A stretch of 64,000 nt of DNA, taken from positions 6,781 to 70,780 of the forward strand of contig NZ_DASUIR010000029.1 of the NCBI RefSeq assembly GCF_036279715.1, given 5' to 3'. This document shows, piece after piece, positions 44,217 to 53,806 of the stretch (position 1 is the first letter of the stretch; each line of letters starts with the position of its first letter). The DNA is from Cellulomonas sp. GTDB lineage: Bacteria; Actinomycetota; Actinomycetes; Actinomycetales; Cellulomonadaceae. The translations under genes and the position numbers were made by a program. Under the pieces are notes generated by a model. That model made no database searches. It saw only the letters and a program-made list of their open reading frames with translations, and had not been told where the DNA came from.

Positions 44217-45112
44217 GTCGCCCTGATGTGATGCACGTCACCCGCACGCACGTGCTGCTCCGTCCCGGTGTCGTCCATCACCACGAGGGCGCCGTCCGGG
44301 CCGAGCCGACGCGCGGTGCCCGTGACCTCGTCACCGCCCGGCAGCTCGACGCGGACCCGGGTCGTGAGCGTCGAGCACACCGAGGCCACCTCGGCGGCGA
44401 GCCCGGACGCGTGGACGTCCCCGTCGTGCTCGCGCCAGCGGCCCATCAGCTCGTCGAGGGCCGAGACGAGGGCGACGAGCAGGATCTCCCGGTCGACCTC
44501 GCGCGCGCCGACCAGGGCGAGCGACGTCCCGCTCGGGACGGGCAGCTCGTCGGGCGCTTGGGAGACGTTGATCCCGATGCCGACGACGACGACCCGACCC
44601 GCGGAGGTGTCGACGAGCTCGCTGAGGATCCCGCCCACCTTGCGCACGCGGCCCCACCCGTCCAGGTCGGTGTCGTCGGGCGCCGGGACCATGAGGTCGT
44701 TGGGCCACTTGAGCGATGCCTGCACCCCCGCGGTGGCGCGCAGCGCGGTCACGGTCCCGAGGCCCGCGAGCAACGGGATCCAGCCGAACGACGAGATCGG
44801 CCCGTCGGGCTGCAGCGCGAAGGACACCGTCAGGGCGGCGCGCGGCGGCGTCTGCCACGTCCGACCGGCACGGCCCTGGCCGTCGTCCTGGTGGTCCGCG
44901 ACCAGCATGCTGGGTGCGGGCCAGGCGTTCGGCTCGGCGTGCAGCCGCTCGATGAGCTCGCGGTTCGTCGAACCCACGCGGTCCAGCACCTCGACGCGTG
45001 CGAGCGGCCCGGCAGGCGCGAGGAGCAGGGACCTCACGACCGACGCTCGCAACGGCCGACGTGCCTCGGCCAGACCCCCACCATGCCCACCGGTCACTGC
45101 GTGCTCGCTCAT
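44213..45112 (-). CDS. birA: biotin-[acetyl-CoA carboxylase] ligase
   Basis: VGSTN, QDDGQGRAGRTW, LKWPND, RKVGGIL, VGIGINV, AGDVHH. Confidence 0.95.
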   Translation of the reverse strand: MSEHAVTGGHGGGLAEARRPLRASVVRSLLLAPAGPLARVEVLDRVGSTNRELIERLHAEPNAWPAPSMLVADHQDDGQGRAGRTWQTPPRAALTVSFALQPDGPISSFGWIPLLAGLGTVTALRATAGVQASLKWPNDLMVPAPDDTDLDGWGRVRKVGGILSELVDTSAGRVVVVGIGINVSQAPDELPVPSGTSLALVGAREVDREILLVALVSALDELMGRWREHDGDVHASGLAAEVASVCSTLTTRVRVELPGGDEVTGTARRLGPDGALVVMDDTGTEQHVRAGDVHHIRAT

Positions 45113-45255
45113 GTCCCCATCCTCCCGCGGACCGGGTCGAGACTCCACGGGTGGCGACCGACGGGCCGGCATTGTCGGGACCCGACGACCTCGCTCCCAC
45201 GACACGGTCGCCGGTCGGCATCCTGTCGGGCGGTTCGGACGTCTAGCCTCGGAGG

Positions 45256-46902
45256 GTGACCGACCCGACCCCCGCTGCAGACCCGGCTGCTCCCCCGGCC
45301 ACCTCCTCCGTTGCAGACCCGACCCCCCGGCTCAGCACGACCGCCGACAAGCTCGCCGACCTCGCGACCCGCCACGAGGCAGCCGCGGTGTCCGCGGAGG
45401 CAGCAGCTGCCGTCAAGCAGCATGCGCGTGGCAAGAAGACCGCCCGGGAGCGGATCGACGCGCTCCTCGACCCGGACTCGTTCACGGAGCTCGATGCGTT
45501 CGTCAAGCACCGCTCGACCAACTTCGGGCTCGACAAGAAGCGGATCGCGGGCGACGGTGTCGTCGTCGGGCACGGGACCGTCGACGGCCGACCCGTCGCC
45601 ATCTACTCGCAGGACTTCACGGTGTTCGGCGGCAGCGTCGGCGAGGTGCACGGCCAGAAGATCACCAAGGTCATGGACCTCGCGCTGCGCATGGGGGTCC
45701 CGCTCGTCGGGATCAGCGACGGCGGCGGCGCGCGCATCCAGGAGGGTGTCGCCGGCCTCACGCAGTTCGCCGAGATCTTCCGGCGCAACGTCGCGGCGTC
45801 GGGCGTCATCCCGCAGATCAGCCTCATCCTCGGCCCCTCGGCCGGCGGCGCGGTGTACTCCCCCGCCCTCACCGACTTCATCGTCATGGCCGACGGCACG
45901 TCCAACATGTTCATCACCGGGCCCGACGTGATCCGCGCCGTCACCGGCGAGGACGTCGGCTTCGAGGAGCTCGGCGGCGCCACGGCGCACAACACGAAGT
46001 CCGGCGTCGCGCACTACCTCGCGGCCGACGAGAACGACGCGCTCGACTACGTGCGCTCGCTGCTGTCCTACCTGCCCGCGAACAACCTCACCGACCCCCC
46101 GACGTACGCGCACGAGTCGGACCTCGGCGTCACGCCCGAGGACGAGGAGCTCGACACGCTCGTCCCGGACTCCGACTCGCAGCCCTACGACATGCGCACC
46201 GTCGTCGAGCACGTCCTCGACGAGGGTGTGCTCCTCGAGGTGCAGCCGCTCTACGCGCAGAACATCCTGATCGGGTTCGGGCACGTCGAGGGTCACCCCG
46301 TCGGCATCGTGGCCAACCAGCCGCTCGCGATGGCAGGCACCCTGGACATCAACGCCGCTGAGAAGGCGGCGCGGTTCGTGCGGACCTGCGACGCGTTCAA
46401 CCTGCCGGTCCTGACGTTCGTCGACGTGCCCGGGTTCCTGCCCGGCACCGACCAGGAGTGGAACGGCATCATCCGGCGCGGCGCCAAGCTCATCTACGCG
46501 TACGCCGAGGCCACGGTCCCGCTCGTGACCGTCATCACGCGCAAGGCCTACGGCGGTGCGTACATCGTCATGGGCTCCAAGCAGCTCGGCGCCGACGTGA
46601 ACCTCGCCTGGCCGACCGCGCAGATCGCCGTCATGGGTGCCGGCGGCGCGGTGAACATCCTGCAGCGCTCCACGCTCAAGGCCGTGGCCGACGCGGGCGG
46701 GGACGAGGAGGCCGAGCGGGCGCGGCTCACGGCTGAGTACGAGGACGCCATCGTCAACCCGTGGGACGCCGCCGAGCGCGGCTACGTCGACGCCGTCATC
46801 GCGCCGTCGCGCACCCGCGGGGAGATCGTCCGGGCGCTGCGGCTGCTGCGCACCAAACGCGCCACGACCGTGCCGCGCAAGCACGGGAACATCCCCCTGT
46901 GA
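45256..46902 (+). CDS. acyl-CoA carboxylase carboxyltransferase (beta) subunit, AccD5/PccB-like
   Basis: [65 protein letters not shown]. Confidence 0.96.
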   Translation: MTDPTPAADPAAPPATSSVADPTPRLSTTADKLADLATRHEAAAVSAEAAAAVKQHARGKKTARERIDALLDPDSFTELDAFVKHRSTNFGLDKKRIAGDGVVVGHGTVDGRPVAIYSQDFTVFGGSVGEVHGQKITKVMDLALRMGVPLVGISDGGGARIQEGVAGLTQFAEIFRRNVAASGVIPQISLILGPSAGGAVYSPALTDFIVMADGTSNMFITGPDVIRAVTGEDVGFEELGGATAHNTKSGVAHYLAADENDALDYVRSLLSYLPANNLTDPPTYAHESDLGVTPEDEELDTLVPDSDSQPYDMRTVVEHVLDEGVLLEVQPLYAQNILIGFGHVEGHPVGIVANQPLAMAGTLDINAAEKAARFVRTCDAFNLPVLTFVDVPGFLPGTDQEWNGIIRRGAKLIYAYAEATVPLVTVITRKAYGGAYIVMGSKQLGADVNLAWPTAQIAVMGAGGAVNILQRSTLKAVADAGGDEEAERARLTAEYEDAIVNPWDAAERGYVDAVIAPSRTRGEIVRALRLLRTKRATTVPRKHGNIPL

Positions 46903-46927
46903 GGCAGACTCGTCGCGTGAGGACATC

Positions 46928-47497
46928 ATGAGCGACCACGACCACGACCACGACGAGCACGGCGAGCACGGCGACAGCCCCGCGCACGGGGTCGAGCCGC
47001 TGCACGGGGTCGACCCGAGCGACCTGCACAGCGTCGTCGACGCCCTGTCCGTGAGCCTGCACGAGTACATCGACGCCGCCGTCGGGGTGCGGGCCGAGTT
47101 CGGCGCGCACGAGGCCGACGAGGACCCGCGGATCCTCGCGCTCGAGTCACGCGTGTCGAACCTCAACGCCGAGCTGTACGACGTGCTGCACGACAGGCTC
47201 GGCCTGCACTCGGACCTGACCGGCATGACGTGGGACGACGGCGCAGAGGCCGACGCCGACCTGCCCCCGCAGGAGGAGGAGCTCGACACGTTCCACCTGG
47301 GCTTCGTCGTCGGGCCGCCCACGGGCACGTCGGACCTGTCGATGGACTCGGTGCTCGGCATCGTCGACGACGGCGGCGCCGAGATCGCCCGGCGCCTGAC
47401 CGACCGCGGCTTCGACGTGACCGAGTGGGGTGCGTCGCGCGGTGTGCCCGTCGAGTTCGAGCCCGACGACGACGAGGACGAGGACGACATCGAGTGA
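46928..47497 (+). CDS. hypothetical acidic His-rich protein
   Basis: GAGGA RBS, typical codon bias, 189 aa. MSDHDHDHDEHGEHG N-terminus and DDDEDEDDIE C-terminus; the stop overlaps the next GTG. Confidence 0.8.
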   Translation: MSDHDHDHDEHGEHGDSPAHGVEPLHGVDPSDLHSVVDALSVSLHEYIDAAVGVRAEFGAHEADEDPRILALESRVSNLNAELYDVLHDRLGLHSDLTGMTWDDGAEADADLPPQEEELDTFHLGFVVGPPTGTSDLSMDSVLGIVDDGGAEIARRLTDRGFDVTEWGASRGVPVEFEPDDDEDEDDIE

Positions 47498-47733
47498 ACG
47501 GACCCGAGCCCGCCGCAGACGGCCGCGCGCGAGTGCGCGTGGTCCGCGGCGCGCCCGACGACGTCGAGCTCGCGGCACTCGTCGCCGGCCTGGTCGCCGC
47601 GTCGGCCCGATCCGACGAGACCGACGAGCCGGCGACGCGGTCGATGTGGCGCGACCGGGCCCGGGCGATGCGGGGCGACCCCGTGCGGGCCGCTCCAGGG
47701 CCGGACGCCTGGCGCTGGAGCCTGCGCGGCTGA
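47494..47733 (+). CDS. acyl-CoA carboxylase epsilon subunit (AccE-like)
   Basis: VRVVRGAPDDVELAALVAGL ... W ... PGPDAWRWS matches the epsilon pattern; located after the beta subunit. Confidence 0.85.
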   Translation: MNGPEPAADGRARVRVVRGAPDDVELAALVAGLVAASARSDETDEPATRSMWRDRARAMRGDPVRAAPGPDAWRWSLRG

Positions 47734-47868
47734 CGGCTGCTGCTGCGTCCGGTGGGATCACCGCGGCCGTCGGGCTGCTCCTGGCCCAGGGCGCGACGAG
47801 GATCGGGATCGCGCCGATCACGTCTCAGGCGGAGGGGGCGCCGCGCACCCTCACGCTAGGGTCAAGCA

Positions 47869-49596
47869 ATGACCACGATCTCCGCCGGACCGGGTGCCAC
47901 CCGGCACCGCGACGCCTCCCCCATCGACGCGATCGCCGATGCCTTCGTCGCCACCTCGGCTGCCCTCGACCCGCTTGCGGCGACCGCGATGGGGATCGCG
48001 GGCCATGACCACGAGATGACCGATCTGTCCCCGGCGGGTCACGCGGCCCGCACCGAGTCGGCCCGGCGCACGCTCGTCGCTCTCGACGGGCACGCGCCGA
48101 GCGACGCGACCGACGAGGTCACGCTCGCCGCGATGCAGGAACGCCTCGGCCTCGAGCTCGAGCTCGATGCTGCCGGCGAGACGCTCGCCATCGTCAACAA
48201 CATCGCCTCGCCCGTCCAGGGCCTGCGCGACGTGTTCGACCTCATGCCGACCGGGTCGATCGAGAGCTGGGAGAACATCGCCGCGCGCCTCAACGCGCTC
48301 CCGGGCGCCGTGGACGGGTACGTCGAGTCGCTGCGCGAGTCCGCGTCACGTGGCCGCGTCGCCGCAATCCGCCAGGTCAAGGACGCGATCGCCCAGGCGG
48401 GCGAGCTCGCCGACCCCACGAGGTCGTTCTTCACGTCGTTCGTGCACGGTCCCGCGGCGGACCTCGTGCTCGACGACTCGTCCTCGTGCTCGCTCGTGCG
48501 CGCCGAGCTCGAGCGTGGCGCGACTGCGGCGCGAGCCGCCTACACGACGCTCACGGCGTTCCTGCGCGACGAGCTGGCCCCGCTGGCTCCCGAGGCCGAC
48601 GCCGCGGGCCGTGACCGCTACGCGCTGTGGTCCCGGCACTTCCTCGGTGCGACCGTCGACCTCGAGGAGACCTACCAGTGGGGGCTCGACGAGCTCGCGC
48701 GCGTGGTCGACGAGCAGGAGCGGGTCGCTGCGCAGATCGCCGGGCCGGGGGCGACGGTCGCCCAGGCCGTCGCGGTGCTCGACGCCGACCCGGCGCTCAC
48801 GTTGCACGGCACCGCCGAGCTGCGGGCGTGGATGCAGGAGACGTCGGACGCGGCGATCTCCGCCCTCAACGGCACGCACTTCGACATCCCCGTCCCCGTG
48901 CAGACCCTCGAGTGCCTCATCGCGCCGACGCACAACGGTGGCATCTACTACACCGGTCCGAGCGACGACTTCAGCCGGCCCGGCCGCATGTGGTGGTCGG
49001 TGCCGCCGTCGGTCACGACGTTCAACACCTGGCGAGAGAAGACGACCGTCTACCACGAGGGCGTCCCGGGCCACCACCTGCAGGTCGGCGAGGCCGTCTT
49101 CCAGCGCGACACCCTCAACACGTGGCGTCGACTCGCGAGCTGGACGTCGGGGCACGGTGAGGGCTGGGCTCTCTACGCCGAGCGGCTCATGGCCGACCTC
49201 GGGTTCCTCGACAACCCCGGCGACCGGCTCGGGATGCTCGACGGGCAGCGCATGCGCGCCGCTCGCGTCGTCCTCGACATCGGCGTGCACCTCGGCCTGC
49301 GGGCGCCCGAGCGATGGGGTGGCGGGATCTGGGATGCGGACAAGGCGTGGGAGTTCCTGCGCGCCAACGTCAACATGCCCGAGGCGTTCGTGCGCTTCGA
49401 GCTGCACCGGTATCTCGGCTGGCCCGGGCAGGCGCCCTCGTACAAGATCGGCCAGCGGCTCTGGGAGAAGGCGCGCGACGACGCAGCTGCCGCAACCCGC
49501 GCCCGCGGCGGCGCGTTCGACCTGCGGGAATTCCATGCCCGGGCGCTCAACCTGGGTTCGCTCCCGCTCGACGTCCTGCGCACGGCACTCGTCTGA
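47869..49596 (+). CDS. DUF885-family protein
   Basis: NNIASP, YYTGPSDDFSRPG, YHEGVPGHHLQ, EGWALYAE, RAARVVLDIGVH, RYLGWPGQAPSYKIG. Confidence 0.9.
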   Translation: MTTISAGPGATRHRDASPIDAIADAFVATSAALDPLAATAMGIAGHDHEMTDLSPAGHAARTESARRTLVALDGHAPSDATDEVTLAAMQERLGLELELDAAGETLAIVNNIASPVQGLRDVFDLMPTGSIESWENIAARLNALPGAVDGYVESLRESASRGRVAAIRQVKDAIAQAGELADPTRSFFTSFVHGPAADLVLDDSSSCSLVRAELERGATAARAAYTTLTAFLRDELAPLAPEADAAGRDRYALWSRHFLGATVDLEETYQWGLDELARVVDEQERVAAQIAGPGATVAQAVAVLDADPALTLHGTAELRAWMQETSDAAISALNGTHFDIPVPVQTLECLIAPTHNGGIYYTGPSDDFSRPGRMWWSVPPSVTTFNTWREKTTVYHEGVPGHHLQVGEAVFQRDTLNTWRRLASWTSGHGEGWALYAERLMADLGFLDNPGDRLGMLDGQRMRAARVVLDIGVHLGLRAPERWGGGIWDADKAWEFLRANVNMPEAFVRFELHRYLGWPGQAPSYKIGQRLWEKARDDAAAATRARGGAFDLREFHARALNLGSLPLDVLRTALV

Positions 49597-49660
49597 CCGG
49601 CCCGACGACCTGACCGGCCCGACGCGACCGAACGACGGACAGACAGACCGACCGCGAGGA

Positions 49661-50317
49661 TCAGCCGAAGACGGCCGCGCCGTACTTCAGCAGGATCAGC
49701 GCGACGAGCACGATGAGCACCGCGGCGACGACGAACAGGTCGTTGTCGGCATCGACGAACTCGCGGACGGACCGCTCGATCCGCTTCGGCATCCACAGGT
49801 TGCCCTCGCGGATGTTGAAGTGCGTGAGCGTCGAGAACACGAGGGTCGTCGAGAGCGTCACGAGCAGGCACCAGGGGCACAGCGCGTGGATGACCATCAT
49901 CGACTGCTGGAAGAGCCAGTACGCGAACAGCACGCCGATCGTGTAGACGACCTGCGCCGACATCATGAACCAGCGCGGGAACCGTGCGCCGCCGAGGCTC
50001 GCGACGGCGATCGTGATCACGACCGGCTCGGCGATCAGCCCGAGGAACGCGTTGGGGAAGCCGAGCAGGCTCGCCTGCCACGACAGCCCGACGGTGCCGC
50101 AGCTGATGACCGAGTTGATGTTGCACGCCAGCGTCGCGGCGGGGTCCCTGGCCAGGGCGATCGCGTCGACCGAGAGCACGAACGACGCCGTCAGGCTGAT
50201 GAGCGCCGAGAACAGCATCGTGCCGAAGATCCAGCGCCGGGACTGACGGAGCTCGTGGAACCGGCTTCTCGACTCCGGCAGTGCCTCCGGGTCGCTCACG
50301 TCGCTCACGTCGATCAT
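49661..50317 (-). CDS. vitamin K epoxide reductase (VKOR) family disulfide-bond protein
   Basis: Loop cysteines CNINSVISC, QASLLGFPNA, CPWC active site, TM segments. Confidence 0.93.
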   Translation of the reverse strand: MIDVSDVSDPEALPESRSRFHELRQSRRWIFGTMLFSALISLTASFVLSVDAIALARDPAATLACNINSVISCGTVGLSWQASLLGFPNAFLGLIAEPVVITIAVASLGGARFPRWFMMSAQVVYTIGVLFAYWLFQQSMMVIHALCPWCLLVTLSTTLVFSTLTHFNIREGNLWMPKRIERSVREFVDADNDLFVVAAVLIVLVALILLKYGAAVFG

Positions 50318-50463
50318 CGCTGTTCGGTCCTCAGGTCGGGTGCTGGTGCCGGCTCGGGGTCGGCCGGGGCGGCGGCGCGGACGCACGTGCCACCGAATCA
50401 TCGCCCAGAACCGGGCCGCGGGTCGAGGGCCCAACGTCCCCGGCGTCGGTAGGCTCGCTCGCC

Positions 50464-51135
50464 GTGACCCGAATCGTCCTCGCCTCCGCCTCGCCCGCCC
50501 GCCTCGCGACGCTCCAGTCCGCCGGCATCGACGCGATCGTCGCGGTCTCGCGCGTCGACGAGGACACGGTGCTCGCGGCTGCGCGTGAGCGGTTCGGCGC
50601 GATCGAGCCGGTCGACGCGGTCCTCCTGCTGGCGCAGGCCAAGGTCGAGGACGTCGCGCACTCGCTCGACGACGTCGCACCTGAGCTCGCCGACGCCGAC
50701 GACCTGATCTTCCTCGGGTGCGACTCGATGCTCGAGATCCATGGCGAGATCGTCGGCAAGCCCGCGGGCGTGGCCGAGGCGACCGCGCGGTGGCGCGCGA
50801 TGCGTGGGCGCAGCGGCGTGCTCCACACCGGGCACTGGATCATCGACGACCGGCTGCCGGTGAGCGATGGCGGCCAGGGAACGGCGGGGACGCTCGGCGC
50901 GACCTCGTCCACCGTCGTGCACTTCGCCGACCTGTCGGACGCCGAGATCGACGCGTATGTCGCGACGGGCGAGCCGCTCGCGGTCGCGGGCGCGTTCACA
51001 ATCGACGGCCTCGGTGGCGCGTTCGTCACGGCGATCGAGGGAGACCACCACGGCGTCGTCGGCGTGAGCCTGCCGCTGCTGCGCGAGCTGCTCGGCGAGG
51101 TCGGCGTCCTGGTTCCGGACCTCTGGCGACGCTGA
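50464..51135 (+). CDS. maf: Maf-family nucleoside triphosphate pyrophosphatase
   Basis: IVLASASPAR, VDED, GCDS, GKP, AGAFTIDG, VVGVSL. Confidence 0.92.
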   Translation: MTRIVLASASPARLATLQSAGIDAIVAVSRVDEDTVLAAARERFGAIEPVDAVLLLAQAKVEDVAHSLDDVAPELADADDLIFLGCDSMLEIHGEIVGKPAGVAEATARWRAMRGRSGVLHTGHWIIDDRLPVSDGGQGTAGTLGATSSTVVHFADLSDAEIDAYVATGEPLAVAGAFTIDGLGGAFVTAIEGDHHGVVGVSLPLLRELLGEVGVLVPDLWRR

Positions 51136-51323
51136 CGACGGCGGGCCCGCTCCGCACCGGTTGTCACCTCCGCACAAACCGAGCGCGCCGGGACGAACAG
51201 TGGCGGCTCGTCATCGTCGGATACCTCCAAAGGCGACCGGTCCACGCGTGGGCGGTCCACCAATCTTCGCGGCGCGACCGCGGTGCGGGTGAGATGTCCG
51301 GGCTGCCCGCGTTACGGTGAGCC

Positions 51324-53138
51324 GTGCCCGCCATCTCCAAGGTCCTCATCGCGAACCGCGGCGAGATCGCCGTCCGCATCGCTCGTGCCTGCCGCGACGC
51401 CCAGATCGGCTCCGTCGCGGTCTACGCGGACACCGATCGCGAGGCGCTCCACGTGCGCGTGGCCGACGAGGCGTTCGCGCTCTCCGGTGCGCGCGCGCAG
51501 GAGACGTACCTCGACATCGCCAAGCTGCTCGACGTCGCGCGCCGCTCGGGGGCCGACGCCGTGCACCCGGGCTACGGCTTCCTCGCGGAGAACGCGGACT
51601 TCGCGCGGGCGGTCCTCGGGGCGGGCCTGGTGTGGATCGGACCGCCCCCGGCGGCGATCGAGGCGCTCGGCGACAAGGTCAGCGCCCGGCACATCGCCGC
51701 GCGCGCGGGCGCACCGCTCGTGGCGGGCACGCCCGACCCCGTGACGGGCACCGCCGAGATCCATGCGTTCGCGGCCGAGCACGGCCTCCCGGTCGCGATC
51801 AAGGCGGCGTTCGGTGGCGGCGGGCGCGGCCTGAAGGTCGCGCGCACGTTCGACGAGATCGACGAGCAGTTCGAGTCGGCAGTCCGGGAGGCCACCGCGG
51901 CGTTCGGTCGCGGCGAGTGCTTCGTCGAGCGGTTCCTGGACCGGCCCCGCCACGTCGAGACGCAGTGCCTCGCGGACGCCCACGGCACCGTCGTCGTGGT
52001 CTCGACGCGCGACTGCTCGCTCCAGCGCCGGCACCAGAAGCTGGTCGAGGAGGCGCCCGCGCCGTTCCTCACCGACGCGCAGAACGCCGAGCTCGTGGCC
52101 TCGTCCGTCGCGATCCTGCGGGAGGCCGGGTACGTCGGGGCGGGCACGTGCGAGTTCCTCGTCGGCGCGGACGGGACCATCTCCTTCCTCGAGGTCAACA
52201 CGCGGCTGCAGGTCGAGCACCCCGTGACCGAGGAGGTCGGCGGGATCGACCTCGTGCGCGAGCAGCTGCGGATCGCGGCGGGCGAGCCCCTCGGATACGA
52301 CCACGTCACCACCCGGGGGCACTCGTTCGAGTTCCGCATCAACGGCGAGGACCCCGCCGCGGGTTTCCTGCCCGCGCCGGGACGCATCACCCGCCTGCGG
52401 TTCCCCTCCGGTCCCGGCGTGCGCGTCGACTCGGGCGTCGTCGAGGGCGACACCGTCTCGGGGCTGTTCGACTCGATGATCGCGAAGGTGATCGTCACGG
52501 GCGCGACGCGCGCGCAGGCGGTCGAGCGGGCCCGGCGCGCGCTCACCGAGCTCGAGGTCGAGGGGATCCCGACGGTCGTGCCGTTCCACCGTGCGGTGCT
52601 CGAGGAGCCCGACTTCGTGCCGACCGACCCCGCCGAGCCGTTCCGCGTGCACACCCTGTGGATCGAGACGGAGTTCGGGGACCGGCTCGCGTCGCTCGTC
52701 GCACCGACGTACGAGCCCGGCGCGGGCTCGGCCGGGTCGGGGGACCTCGCGGACGAGGACGAGGACGAGCCGATCGCGCTCGAGCGGGTCATCGTCGAGG
52801 TCGGCGGCAAGCGGCTCGAGGTCGTCCTGCCGGCAGCACTCGGCTTCGGTCGCGGACGCCCGGGCGTCCAGGCTCGTCGCCCCGTACGCCGCACCCCTGT
52901 GCGCTCGGTCGCGAGCACCAACGGTGCGACGCTCTCGTCGCCCATGCAAGGCACGATCGTCAAGGTTGCGGTCGCCGACGGCGCGGAGGTGGTCGAGGGC
53001 GACCTCATCGTCGTCCTCGAGGCCATGAAGATGGAGCAGCCGCTGCTCGCCCACCGTGCGGGTCGCGTCACGGGGCTCGTCGCCGCGGTGGGCTCGAGCG
53101 TGGGCGCCGGGACCGCGATCTGCGACATCGTCGTCTGA
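51324..53138 (+). CDS. biotin carboxylase/BCCP (acyl-CoA carboxylase alpha, AccA/BccA)
   Basis: [54 protein letters not shown] biotin site. Confidence 0.97.
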   Translation: MPAISKVLIANRGEIAVRIARACRDAQIGSVAVYADTDREALHVRVADEAFALSGARAQETYLDIAKLLDVARRSGADAVHPGYGFLAENADFARAVLGAGLVWIGPPPAAIEALGDKVSARHIAARAGAPLVAGTPDPVTGTAEIHAFAAEHGLPVAIKAAFGGGGRGLKVARTFDEIDEQFESAVREATAAFGRGECFVERFLDRPRHVETQCLADAHGTVVVVSTRDCSLQRRHQKLVEEAPAPFLTDAQNAELVASSVAILREAGYVGAGTCEFLVGADGTISFLEVNTRLQVEHPVTEEVGGIDLVREQLRIAAGEPLGYDHVTTRGHSFEFRINGEDPAAGFLPAPGRITRLRFPSGPGVRVDSGVVEGDTVSGLFDSMIAKVIVTGATRAQAVERARRALTELEVEGIPTVVPFHRAVLEEPDFVPTDPAEPFRVHTLWIETEFGDRLASLVAPTYEPGAGSAGSGDLADEDEDEPIALERVIVEVGGKRLEVVLPAALGFGRGRPGVQARRPVRRTPVRSVASTNGATLSSPMQGTIVKVAVADGAEVVEGDLIVVLEAMKMEQPLLAHRAGRVTGLVAAVGSSVGAGTAICDIVV

Positions 53139-53140
53139 GC

Positions 53141-53653
53141 ATGGCGCCGGCGCCGCAGGAGGCCCCACGGCACCCGTCACCTGGCGACGGGTGGATCGAG
53201 TGCGCGTGCGGCCGCCGCCACTGGGGTCTGCACGGAGCGGCGGGCCTCCTCCTGGCGCGACGCTCGCCCGAGGGGCTCGGGTGGGACGTCGTCCTGCAGC
53301 ACCGGGCCCTGTGGAGCGACCAGGGTGGGACGTGGGGCATCCCGGGCGGAGCGAGGGCACCGGGCGAGTCCGCGGTCGACGCCGCGCTGCGGGAGGCCAG
53401 TGAGGAGGCGGGCATCGAGCCGGCCTCGGTTCTTGTGCTCGGCACCCAGGTGCTCGACCACGGCACCTGGAGCTATACGACCGTCCGCGCCGAGGCAGTC
53501 GGGCACCTCGACCCTCGCCCGACCGATGCCGAGAGCCTCGAGATCGCCTGGGTGGCGACCCACGCCGTCGCCGACCGCCCGCTGCTGACCGCGTTCGCGG
53601 CCGCGTGGCCCGGGCTGCGCGCTCAGGTGGAGGGCTCAGCCCCCGTCGCGTGA
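53141..53653 (+). CDS. NUDIX hydrolase (MutT3-like)
   Basis: GDGW...HWG..GAAGLLL and Nudix box GG.RAPGESAVDAALREASEEAG. Confidence 0.9.
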   Translation: MAPAPQEAPRHPSPGDGWIECACGRRHWGLHGAAGLLLARRSPEGLGWDVVLQHRALWSDQGGTWGIPGGARAPGESAVDAALREASEEAGIEPASVLVLGTQVLDHGTWSYTTVRAEAVGHLDPRPTDAESLEIAWVATHAVADRPLLTAFAAAWPGLRAQVEGSAPVA

Positions 53654-53663
53654 GCCACCGAGG

Positions 53664-53683
53664 GTTGTGACGACCCTCACAAC
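53664..53683. promoter_or_regulatory. CRP/GlxR-type palindrome upstream of efeU
   Basis: GTTGTGA-CGACCC-TCACAAC, a perfect TGTGA-N6-TCACA with extended symmetric flanks. Confidence 0.65.
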
Positions 53684-53738
53684 GAAGGAACCGATGGCGG
53701 TCTCGCTCGGCAACGTGGCCATGCCGTACAGTTCGAAG

Positions 53739-53772
53739 TGAGGTAAGGCACTCCTCACTTAGCCGACCCTCA
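53739..53772. promoter_or_regulatory. tandem DtxR/IdeR-like iron boxes
   Basis: TGAGGTAAGGCACTCCTCA (53739-53757) and CTCACTTAGCCGACCCTCA (53754-53772), just downstream of -10 TACAGT (53727-53732). Confidence 0.7.
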
Positions 53773-53806
53773 CTCGTCAGTCCCGAGACCCCTGCGGAAA
53801 GCTGCC

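Noticed and set aside
47734-47868. Possible small ORF between accE and DUF885
   Set aside because: No RBS or leaderless signal and no codon bias; the region is better explained as the DUF885 promoter.
49595-49660. Duplicated TGACCGGCCCGACG and GAC-rich tract after DUF885; also the GCCCGGTGCT duplication at 61922 and GGTGCGCT at 9488
   Set aside because: Two to three copy local slippage duplications with no shared consensus or REP-like structure.
53694-53741. 15-aa uORF MAVSLGNVAMPYSSK with GAAGGA upstream of efeU
   Set aside because: It lies upstream of and across the predicted -10 (53727-53732), so it is probably not on the efeU transcript, and it has no informative residue bias.
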